Source: Setoptus koraiensis
Taxonomy: Eukaryota; Animalia; Arthropoda
DNA: 64,000 nt
Assembly: GCA_048013815.1 (NCBI GenBank)
Contig: CM106586.1
Coordinates: forward strand, 11,594,001 to 11,658,000
Direction: 5' to 3'
Shown here: positions 54,774-64,000 of the stretch, in pieces
How positions within the stretch are numbered: position 1 is the first letter of the stretch
Layout of the letters: each line of letters opens with the position of its first letter
Notes under the pieces: generated by a model
What the model saw: only the letters and a program-made list of their open reading frames with translations
What the model was told of the DNA's origin: nothing
The model's database searches: none
Position numbers and translations under genes: made by a program

Positions 54774-56840
54774 ATGTTTGCCAATCATTGTACGATTCTC
54801 AACAAAAATCAAAACAAAATTACCCAGTCAATTGCTATTATCCTGAAATTGTTACAATTATTCATATGCTCACTATTGATTTTATACCCAGTCGTTGAAA
54901 CTAGCTTGAGTTCTTCTTTATTTGACCGGTCCCAATCTAACAAAAACCACCCTAACTATGAACCGATTGACAGGGGTAAGAGATATATGCTCTATGGAGC
55001 GATTGAGGAAAAACCCTGCCATTTGAAGAGTTTCAAAGATGTAGTGTGTACAGCACGTACACATGATGATAGATATGAGTACAGTTGCCCAAACAACAAT
55101 GAACAAGCAACAAATGTAAGCGATGTTTGCCTGCCGGATGTCAAGAACAAAGGCTTAAAGTTTACTTTTCGATTTGATATAGATGATCGGACTACATTCA
55201 GTTGGAAATATTTGGATTTCAAGCCCATTCAGAATGGAAATACTGGCGACAGTTTTGCCTCAACCAATCAGCTAGTTGAAGTCGTCATCGAAGGAAGCAG
55301 AGATTTTCTCATGAACAAAGGCAAAATTAAGTTTCTCGATGATACTGAAGATGATATTCTATTGGACAACCTGAAATCTTTCACTCTAAAAAACATTCTT
55401 CTAACAGATATGAAGTCATGGGAAATGTTCTCTCAAATACCATACCTCAGCAGATTCGCATTCATTTATGGTAAGCCTCTCTCTAGCATAGACATTATTG
55501 ACGCTTTAGAGATGAACAATAATATTCCAAGAAATTACAACCCTCTATCGCCACACCAGTTGTCTAGTAGAAAATCCTTCAAACTACACGTGGGGGCACC
55601 TAGTTTAATAATTCCCGAAAACATCAAATTTCTCTTCCTTATCGGTGATCGCTCAAATTGTGAACTGACATTCAATTATTGGCACAACGAATTGACTAAC
55701 AAGAGTTTTCAAGGCTATGATAGCACAAGTCAAATAAAAGAAGATACTGTCGGAGATGCTGAAATACGAATGAGCGATAACTCTATAGATATTGTTGGAG
55801 AACCAGGTATTAATTCTTCGATAAATTTGCGATTCACGAATATCAAACTTGAATCAAAATTGACAAATATTTTGAAGAGTCTTTATAATGAAAGTCTTAA
55901 TGATTACAAAATCCGATTAAATATGGTAATGGATGTCGAAGAATACGCCATCAACAAATTGGAAGATCTGATATCTTTGGTTGAATCCGGTGTTAATTTA
56001 GTGCACTATAAACGATTCACTGAAACTGAACAGGACATAAATAACCAATTAGACTGTACAAACTACTATTTATGTCCAGCAATTAAAGGGAATAGCAGAT
56101 TCCGCAGTCGTATTGAAGCACATTGTATTTTATGTAATGACACAATTGGTGAAATGAAAATTCTTGTTTCCCCATCGAAGGAAAGTTATTATTATAATTG
56201 CAAAGAGATTATTATATCAAAGATGGGACACGAGGAAATATTTGCTTTGCGATGTCAGACAGAACCACCAACCGAAGAGAAAAATTCGGCAACTGCCATT
56301 ATGGCTATTATAATTAGCTCTAGTATTATTATCATAGTGCTCTTGTTGATGATTATTGTTTATCTAGCAACAACTCACATCAATTACCATGTCAAAATGG
56401 CTAGCGGAAGTGATTCTTTAGCTACACAAGTTACAAAGAACTCGTTACCTTTATTTGAGTCGCACGAAACTATGAAGAGTGAACAAAAAACAACTCTAAA
56501 GCCACGGAGTAGAGTAAAGACTGAGCAAGCAACAAATCTAGAGCCACGGAGTAGTGTAAAAAATGAACAAAAAACAAATCTAAAGCCACGGAGTAGTGTA
56601 AAGACTGGGCACGCAACAAATCTAGAGCCACGGAGTAGTGTAAAAAATGAACAAAAAACAAATCTAAAGCCACGGAGTAGTGTAAAAAGTGAACAAAAAA
56701 CAAATCTAAAGCCACGGAGTAGTGTAAAAAGTGTGCAAAAATTACCAATAGATGATATTAATAATCATAAAACTAGTCGTTCCATTGTTAAGTCTACCAA
56801 GAAGTCGACCAGCAAGTCAACAAGTTCGAGGAAAGAATGA
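54774..56840 (+). CDS. Single-pass membrane protein (688 aa), degenerate LRR-like/Cys-containing ectodomain, cytoplasmic 14-aa tandem repeats
   Basis: N-terminal hydrophobic segment, TM IMAIIISSSIIIIVLLLMIIVYL, and six 42-bp units (SVKNEQKTNLKPRS-type) at about 56472-56740. Confidence 0.75.
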   Translation: MFANHCTILNKNQNKITQSIAIILKLLQLFICSLLILYPVVETSLSSSLFDRSQSNKNHPNYEPIDRGKRYMLYGAIEEKPCHLKSFKDVVCTARTHDDRYEYSCPNNNEQATNVSDVCLPDVKNKGLKFTFRFDIDDRTTFSWKYLDFKPIQNGNTGDSFASTNQLVEVVIEGSRDFLMNKGKIKFLDDTEDDILLDNLKSFTLKNILLTDMKSWEMFSQIPYLSRFAFIYGKPLSSIDIIDALEMNNNIPRNYNPLSPHQLSSRKSFKLHVGAPSLIIPENIKFLFLIGDRSNCELTFNYWHNELTNKSFQGYDSTSQIKEDTVGDAEIRMSDNSIDIVGEPGINSSINLRFTNIKLESKLTNILKSLYNESLNDYKIRLNMVMDVEEYAINKLEDLISLVESGVNLVHYKRFTETEQDINNQLDCTNYYLCPAIKGNSRFRSRIEAHCILCNDTIGEMKILVSPSKESYYYNCKEIIISKMGHEEIFALRCQTEPPTEEKNSATAIMAIIISSSIIIIVLLLMIIVYLATTHINYHVKMASGSDSLATQVTKNSLPLFESHETMKSEQKTTLKPRSRVKTEQATNLEPRSSVKNEQKTNLKPRSSVKTGHATNLEPRSSVKNEQKTNLKPRSSVKSEQKTNLKPRSSVKSVQKLPIDDINNHKTSRSIVKSTKKSTSKSTSSRKE

Positions 56841-57539
56841 TCCAACTCTTCATAAATGTCTTAATATGCGAAAAAGTCTTCATGAAGAAACCCTTCTTTT
56901 TTTGACATATTAGAAAGAATGCGTGAAAGAATCTTAGATAAATATATATTTATAAGCTTATAACTTACTTCATGTATATAGTATGCTTCAAACATCGTCG
57001 AGATTATCTTATTGACTTATTCAACGAAAAAGAAAATCTATTCGAGAAACAGAAGTGAGATTTTCATTAATGATGGCGATTTCCATAACAATTAATGCAG
57101 TAAGAGTTCGATCTGAACTAACTATTAAACTTCAGTTCGACGTAGAGCACTCATGCAATTGTAACGATGGTCTCTCTTCGCAGGTGCCCCCAATCTTGCG
57201 CTCGCCATGAATAGTTTCTTCGTGGCCACATATTCTCTAAGTTCTATATTGCTCCTACGAATATTTATAAAAGGCGTGTTTATGTTAAGACGACCTGCTA
57301 TGATGATATCATTCACTCTTTCAAAGAAGCGGAAAGTGTGCCAGGACAAACAAATGTGTAAAGAGTATCATGTATCCATTATTGATAAATATGTTTTCAT
57401 TTTCTGATTGAATATTTACTTAATTGTTGAATTTATAACTTTTATTAATAGGAAAAATGGACGAAATTGCCCATCCATAACTGAGTGCATTCAAGCATTT
57501 GTAATTTATTCACAAAACGGGCACGTTATGTGCCTTTCG

Positions 57540-58946
57540 TTACAAATTTTTTGTTGTTATTGGCACTGTTAGATCGGGATAGACTTCACGAACATAAAAT
57601 GAGAACGGTTTGCATCCGAGTTGCTTGCGTAATTCCTTTCTTTTGCTAATATCACCATAGTCACCTAGATTATTATCAATGTTTTTGTAATAGTATGCTT
57701 TGTACTCATCCATCCAAACTTCTGCCAGTCTAACGTTATTCCTCTTGATTAAATTGACGCCAGGTTTCCATCGATAGGGCGACCTAGATCTAAACATATG
57801 ACCAACGTGCGAGCAAGGCACTATCTCCAATTTACCGCCGCACATCCAAGTCTTAAAGCTGAGCTCTAGATTTTCACCGCCCCAAATTTCAAAGCCATCA
57901 TCGTAGCGACCCAATCTATTGAAAAAGTCTCTATGTATTGAAAATATACCACCGGCTATTGTTGGTGTTCTAACAGGGTCTGTAATAAGTACACGCGATG
58001 CTTTATCTCTGTCAGGCAATATATGCCAATTGAATTGTAGATTCCAATCAAATCCACCCACATTAATATAATCCAGACTGGACCTTGAAGAAAATTCAAA
58101 TGTCTCCGCATTAATAGAATCAATAACGGGACTAACCACTGTCCATGAATCTTGATAAATACGATTAATCAGTGGCTCTAACCAGCCCTGCGTGCATTCG
58201 ATGTGCGAATCAAGAAAAGTTAGCACCTCACCAGAGGCCACATCGGCGCCGGCAAGCCTTGCTCTGATGAGGCCTTCTCGCTGTTGTTTTCTCACAATTT
58301 TGATTAATTTATCCTTGTTGTTATCCGTGCTATCCTTTTTCCCAAATAATCGTCGGTATTTGGTCGGTTTGCCAAACGATTTGTGCTTGCCAGGGGGGAG
58401 ATTTGAGTTGAGCTTTGTTAAATAGTCTTCAAGTGGCTTCTTCAAGTGATCCAAGTCTGAGCAATCGTCGACGAGAATGATCTCGAGCAAAAGTTCCCTC
58501 GGGGTGCGATTCAGCACTGAGTGAACTGAGCGCAACAGTGTTGACCATGCCTCATTGTGGAAGCACATAATAATACTAGTTTTGGGTAGTTTTCTTGTAG
58601 GGTTGTAATCTATATTTTTGCAACGCGGATCGCGTATATCCGCCAGTTGACGCTCTAATGGTATCATATCACTAGCAAACTGATTGAATGCGTTCCTTTT
58701 CCAGCCATGATCGTATTCACTCTTTTGTGTTTCGGTTAATTTTGTCTTATCTATTCTGACAGCTTGGCCCATATATCCTGGATATGCATTCGTTGATTTA
58801 TCTCTAAACTTGTGTACTTTATAAGCCATAACTAGGACAATGGTAACAACAGACGCTACTAGGAATAAGTATACTCTAAATTTTGTGATTTTTCGCTTGA
58901 GAACACTCAAGCGGGTATCAGGTGAAAAAAGGATTTGATCGGCCAT
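57540..58946 (-). CDS. Polypeptide N-acetylgalactosaminyltransferase (GT27) lacking the ricin-B lectin domain
   Basis: Type II TM, LPKTSIIMCFHNEAWSTLLRSVHSV, FLDSHIEC (DxH), PTIAGGIF, WGGENLELSF, VPCSHVGH and RLAEVWMD. The ORF ends right after ...VYPDL. Confidence 0.92.
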   Translation of the reverse strand: MADQILFSPDTRLSVLKRKITKFRVYLFLVASVVTIVLVMAYKVHKFRDKSTNAYPGYMGQAVRIDKTKLTETQKSEYDHGWKRNAFNQFASDMIPLERQLADIRDPRCKNIDYNPTRKLPKTSIIMCFHNEAWSTLLRSVHSVLNRTPRELLLEIILVDDCSDLDHLKKPLEDYLTKLNSNLPPGKHKSFGKPTKYRRLFGKKDSTDNNKDKLIKIVRKQQREGLIRARLAGADVASGEVLTFLDSHIECTQGWLEPLINRIYQDSWTVVSPVIDSINAETFEFSSRSSLDYINVGGFDWNLQFNWHILPDRDKASRVLITDPVRTPTIAGGIFSIHRDFFNRLGRYDDGFEIWGGENLELSFKTWMCGGKLEIVPCSHVGHMFRSRSPYRWKPGVNLIKRNNVRLAEVWMDEYKAYYYKNIDNNLGDYGDISKRKELRKQLGCKPFSFYVREVYPDLTVPITTKNL

Positions 58947-59739
58947 GATAAGTGAAAAAATAAATGAAATGAAGAACGGTCAACCGACGTAGCGATGTCA
59001 CGATGCTGCTCGTTGCATTTTATGCCCCCCGTTGCATTTTATGCCCCCCATTGCGCCTTTTTTGTCTATTGCATCAGACTAAGCAACAGTAAAGTTGCTT
59101 AGTTTTCGTTTGATTGGTGTAGGTCGGCAGACGATAAGTCTGAACTTTGTAAACGCATGCATCAAACGGCAAAGAAATAAGATAACAAAAGAAGAGAGAT
59201 CAAATCTGTCAACTTTATGTTTCGGGTGCTCTCAGTGCCTGGCGCCCGTTGAGCAAATTTTGCTCCTTGACATTTCGACGCTGCATTTTCTTGCGCTGAA
59301 AACAGGCCGTATGTATCAGTATTGTATCTTCAGTTATCTTCAGCAATTTCTCCCTCTCTCTCTCCCCCTTTCTACCTCACAGTCCGATAGCGTGTTCGTT
59401 GCTACGCACGTATCGCGCATGTAACATGTTGGATTTCACTATCGACGAATGGGTGTGCATTTCTTCATCTAACAACTTGTAAGGTCATCATACATGTAAT
59501 GAATAATCACATACTTGTTTCACCACGTTGATCGTACTAGGAATGCTCACATATTGCGACACCGCTTTTTCATAACCGACTCATCAAATCGCGACAGCAA
59601 GTACGAATATGCAATCGGTTTCTGCTGACGATTTACCGTTTTCGGACAATGTCGGAAAATAAGTTTAACATCGTACATCGTGTATCATTTGAGTGTTGCG
59701 GAGCGATTTTTCGCTCATAGCAAGATGAAAAATGTCAAA

Positions 59740-59870
59740 GGGGTTGTCCCATTTTAGGGTGTTTTTATTTTTGGTCTTCGATTATTGAAAATAGGGCATG
59801 GTTGGTAAGATCTCACTCAGATGGAGCCAAAAATCTGGTTTATTTCTGTTATTTCTGGTTTTCCGTTCAC
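59740..59870 (+). repeat. Dispersed repeat family, copy C
   Basis: GGGTTGTCCCATTTTAGGGTGTTTTTATTTTTGGT...AAATCTGGTTTATTTCTGTT. Confidence 0.75.
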
Positions 59871-59999
59871 CAGACACTCTGGGGGAAGAACTCTACACAG
59901 TGCGTGTCTGATAGATGTTGTATTTGTTGTTAGTTAACAGTTATAAGTGATGAATTTGGTCTCAACTTGAGTCGATTCATGGATTTGAGTCTAAATGGT

Positions 60000-62210
60000 T
60001 TCCATATGAATATCCATATAGTATCCACTTAGCGATACATATAATACGTACATGTGTACACGTGTATATAAGGGCGAACTCAATGTAAAGAAAGTTGTAT
60101 ACTAAAATCATCGTTCAGATATTCACAAACAAATAAAGTAGATATGTATTCACTGTTAAGTCGAAATTCCCTTCTTAAGTCGACTTAACACGACAATTTT
60201 AGTATACCAATTATCACCAGTTAATTAGTTAATTACGTCAAACTTTAATCAATTAGAAGAGCGTCAAATTCACCTCGATCAAGATGATTTCAGATGAAGC
60301 GCTCAAGAAAATGACCAAAGAGGAGCTTGTTGCCCTCATACAATCAAAGACAAAGAAGTTCAAGAAGCTTGACATCCCAACTTACAAAGGCTATGATGAA
60401 GTTATTACAGCTTCTGATTGGTTAGACATGTACAGCAATTTCGCTGATGAAGATGCATGGCCAGAGGAGAGAAAAATCAACCAGCTATGCGGTTATCTCA
60501 GAGAAGTCGCTCTTCAATGGTATTTCTGCCATGTTAGTGGCTATGAACTAACTTGGGATGAAGTTCATGATCTCTTTACCAATACGTTCGGTGTCGGTGA
60601 TCATCCGAACATAAATAAGATCTTAGATAGCTGTTGGAATCCGGATAAAGAGTCATTAGTTAAATACTATCAAGGCTCATTGAATGCCGAAAAGCTGGTA
60701 TCAAAGGCGAGTTAGTTAACCAACTCTTGACACGTGGGCTACCTGACTACATGAAGAAATGGGTAAATTCGTTAAGACGATCCGCCGAACCGGAAGAGTG
60801 GTTTGAAATGGTCAGTCAAGCTAAATTGAATTACCCCGAGAGAAAAGTCAAGTATCCATCGAAAGAATTCATCAATAGTCTTGAAATAGATGAAGCGAAA
60901 CAACAGTTTCGAGAAGTTTCATCTAACAACCACCTATAGATGCTGACAAGAACAAAACAGAGTCAACATCTTGTAACTATTGTGGTAAAAATAATCACTC
61001 TGAGGACCGTTGTTTTGAGAAACACGGGTACCCATCAAGAAAGAAGAAACAAGAAAATAATTCACAAGTGAACACTATTAACTGCACACATAAACCGGAA
61101 GTTGATACGTCCAGACAGCGGTTAATTCAACATGATGAACTTCAAGTCAATCAAGTGAACGAAGATTGTCAACTTGACTTCGCAGATTCAGCGATAGATG
61201 AAGCTTTCTGCAATATCAACAATAAGATTCCCTACTACCAAGAAAAGAAATCAGTTAAAGGCCCAACAAGTGTATTTGAAACAAAGGGATATGCCCATCT
61301 ACAAGTTCAGATCGCTAATAAGTTATGTAATATCAGAGTAGCAGTGGCAGAGTTAATTAGCCAGAATTTTATACTGGGTCGAAACTACATCAAAGTATTT
61401 GGATATGATTTAATTGGCCATAGTCTAATTAAGGGACCGCCTAAACTATCAAGACAAGTTTTACCGGCCATAGGATCTATCTCAAGTAGTTTTGATGAGT
61501 TGATGCAACTTCCTGTTATTAATTCAATTAATCAGCGAAATCCATCGGACAAAAGGAATCACATCAATACCAAGACCATCGATTTGAACAAGAAGTATCA
61601 AAATATATTTGGTCAATCAGATTTCGATGTAGGTTCATGTGACCTAATTGAATGTTATATACATTTAAAACCGGAAACAACGCTTTTGTGTGCAAAACCG
61701 AGGAGACTTTCTCTTGCCATCCAGATAGAAGAAAAGAAACAGGTTGAAGAACCTCTCAAGGCTAAATTAATAAGACCATCTTTTTCGAACTGGTCAAGCG
61801 GTATCACATTCCCTTGCGGTCCAGGGAAACGTCCAAGATTGTGCGGTGATTACCGTTATGAACACACTCTTGATGACAAGTATCCGATTCCACTAATTGA
61901 TAACATTTTATTATCACTTCAAGGTGCTAGTGTTTATTCAACTTTGGATGTTGTGCGTGGATACAGCCACATCTCCATTCATGAGGACCACAAATTCAAA
62001 ACTGCGTTTATAACCAACATCGGTCTCTTCGAATGGAGTGTGCTTCCCTTTGGGTTAAAAAATGCACCTGCAATATTCTAAAGATTGATGGATTTTATAT
62101 TGAAAGAACTATCAGACTTCGCTAGAGTTTATTTCGATGATATTTTAGTGTTTTCAAAAGACGCAGCAAGTCATGTATCCCATCTTAACACAACAATAGA
62201 CTGTACCACT
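60000..62210 (+). mobile_element. Decayed Ty3/Gypsy LTR retrotransposon: probable 5' LTR, gag, CCHC knuckle, degenerate protease region, 5' part of RT
   Basis: gag-like ORFs 60284-60715 and 60727-60939. CNYCGKNNHSEDRC at 60972-61013. RT motifs RLCGDYR, YPIPLID, STLDVVRGY, KTAF, LPFGLKNAPAIF*, VYFDDILVFS, broken by stops and frameshifts. TATA, AATAAA and a ...TTAACA end at 60190 suggest an LTR. No RNase H or integrase. Confidence 0.9.
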
Positions 62211-62257
62211 CGGCTACCCCCGTTACACGCACTTTTACATACAGAATACAGTCTACT

Positions 62258-62584
62258 TCATTTTTCAAAGAGCTGTCGCCTCAGATCATGTACTTGATCC
62301 TCCAGTTTTTCACACTCTTTAATTATTTTTTCCTGTGCTAACTGCAGATTGTCCCATTTTTGTGGATCTAACACTTTTTCTTCCAGTGGTAACCTAAGTT
62401 CCTTCTGAATATCCATTACTATATTGGAATGTCTTCTCTCGCAATCATAAAATTTACGTTCGGCTGTTTCCAACTGTCCACGTATCATATCCTTTTCATT
62501 GAATTCTGCTCTTCCACCGTGTAAAGGCGTCGTTGCAAAAATAACTGCAACTACCACCAAAATTAATGTCAAATATTTGTGCAT
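62258..62584 (-). CDS. Small secreted helical/coiled-coil protein (108 aa)
   Basis: Signal MHKYLTLILVVVAVIFATTPLHG, two Cys in predicted antiparallel helices, and TATAAATA at 62765-62772. Confidence 0.75.
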   Translation of the reverse strand: MHKYLTLILVVVAVIFATTPLHGGRAEFNEKDMIRGQLETAERKFYDCERRHSNIVMDIQKELRLPLEEKVLDPQKWDNLQLAQEKIIKECEKLEDQVHDLRRQLFEK

Positions 62585-62764
62585 ACTACTTGCTGTTCGA
62601 AGGATTTTATTTTAATTATTTATTGCAAAAGCTCGAGTCTGAATAGAGAATCGGAGACTTGTCGTCACTGTATTGTTCCTCTTCAGATATTCACAGTTCG
62701 CAAGAATATATCGATCTGATCCATTAGTGCAGAAGTATGATATAAAAATAGATGCAACTTGAGC

Positions 62765-62772
62765 TATTTATA
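62765..62772 (-). promoter_or_regulatory. Putative TATA box of the 108-aa secreted protein gene
   Basis: CCTATAAATAG on the minus strand about 180 bp upstream of the ATG. Confidence 0.45.
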
Positions 62773-63395
62773 GGTCCATTTTACCTGTATCTACAGTTGA
62801 CACCGCTTCAGTTATAACTCATAGAGCTCTAGAAGGTTGGGTGGGCTCTCACCACTTTCAAACATTTCGACCGTTTGGACCACCCCGATTAACTATATGA
62901 AACCCGACCTTCAGCCACTTTCGTCCTCCTCCATCTTTTTCTACCATGGACGAAAGCGGCTGAAAGTGGGGATCTCGACTCTTTCGTCCAGAGTATAAAC
63001 CGTTTCATCTAATGAAGGACAAAAGATGATGAAATTTGAACCATGAGTCCGAGCCACCGAGACATTAATCCGCACACTAACAAGGTTGCTAAAAATTGAT
63101 ACACCATGGCGAAGTTTCAAGGTTTGCACACCATTCCATCTGCTCATTTCGAGGTGCAATTTTCTTCATCTAACAAGAGATACTCATCTCCATAGAAGTG
63201 CAAAATCTAATAGCTTAGATCATATGTCCGAATGTGATGGAAATTTCGCAGGGAATTTCCGGCTCTTGATTTATCTAGCTTCAGAAAGAAATATATCATC
63301 GCATTTCTCTTTGTACTTAGAGGTAGTAAGTAAGCGAACTAAATAAGACGTAGATGAAATTTTACAATCGACGCCGGATTTTGCAAAAACGGGAG

Positions 63396-63510
63396 CATTT
63401 CGGGATGTTTTTATTTTCGGTTTTCGATTTGAAATTTGGGTATGGTTGAGAAGGTCTCGATCAGGTGAAGCCAGAAATCTGGTTTATTTCTGTTTCTGGT
63501 TTTTCGTTCA
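63396..63510 (+). repeat. Dispersed repeat family, copy D
   Basis: CATTTCGGGATGTTTTTATTTTCGGT...AAATCTGGTTTATTTCTGTTTCTGGTTTT. Confidence 0.75.
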
Positions 63511-64000
63511 TTAGGCGTTAGTGCTGTGTGGAAAGGGGGCCGCGGGGACCTTGTTTCTTAAAAGTAGTGTCATCCGACGCGGTTTATTTGTTCCAACTGA
63601 TGGTAGTAAAATAAATCGAGAGAAATACTGCCGAGGGCGTCGAGATTGGAAGAAAATCTTCTTACTGATTTAGCCCAGATATTGGGACCCATCGCTCCGA
63701 AACATCTTTCTAGATACAAAGTCCTGTTGAAGCTCGCCCCAAGAGCTATTGAAAACAGTGATTTTAGTTGCGATAAAACTGCGCCAAAGCGAAAAATGCA
63801 AAAAAAAGAGCAACAGTCTGCGAATTTTTTCCAATATCTACATTTTTCAGCAATATTTGGATGATGCTATTTTCAGGTTTTCATGACATGGAAGGGGCTA
63901 GTAGGGACTTCTTCGAACGCAACTCAGAAAGGTTTCCAGTTTTTTTTTCGCAACAGTAAATAATAAAAACACGACCGAAGATGCCAAGAACGCTGGAAAA

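Noticed and set aside
59011-59050. Two tandem copies of CGTTGCATTTTATGCCCCC upstream of the GalNAc-T gene
   Set aside because: Only two units and no spacers, so not CRISPR-like. It may be a transposon-end fragment, but no partner was found.
1-64000. rRNA, tRNA, known miRNA or CRISPR loci; prokaryotic operon reading of the ORF track
   Set aside because: None recognised by eye. Spliceosomal introns and eukaryotic gene families show the DNA is eukaryotic, so TTG/GTG starts in the track were not trusted. tRNAscan and Rfam were not run.

Overview
Eukaryotic, gene-dense, AT-rich and intron-poor invertebrate DNA with short GT-AG introns of about 85-215 bp. It is plausibly a compact mite or other arachnid genome, but that is inference only. 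I saw no rRNA, tRNA or CRISPR array. About 30 protein-coding genes can be supported, several only after splicing exons the ORF track misses. Recognisable families: a Gly/Ala-rich cuticular-type protein, two divergent TM-PLAT (polycystin-1-like) proteins, an SMP-only extended-synaptotagmin-like protein, LRR-type membrane proteins, an Asteroid/XPG-like protein, a double HMG-box protein, a SNAP-25-like SNARE, an APMAP/hemomucin protein, a tandem LITAF pair, a TSSK-like pseudokinase, an Ig-domain protein, a protamine-like protein, the 3' end of an adenylyl cyclase and a lectin-less GalNAc-transferase. Mobile DNA comprises a Tc1-like remnant, two Helentron-type (HINE-like) elements, an orphan LTR, a decayed Ty3/Gypsy element and a four-copy dispersed repeat. 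A low-quality C/A-rich contig end and a 500-N gap lie at 49.7-52.2 kb. The best candidate for an undescribed system is at 40.3-42.9 kb: two head-to-head, two-exon genes for secreted prepropeptides inside an 807-bp apparently perfect palindrome, with identical promoter, signal and pro-regions but very divergent 4-Cys beta-hairpin-like mature regions. A second hidden two-exon gene (29240-29629) encodes a secreted peptide with a CS-alpha-beta (CxxCC...CxC) pattern. Many other genes look like divergent or catalytically impaired paralogs of families known for testis-specific members.
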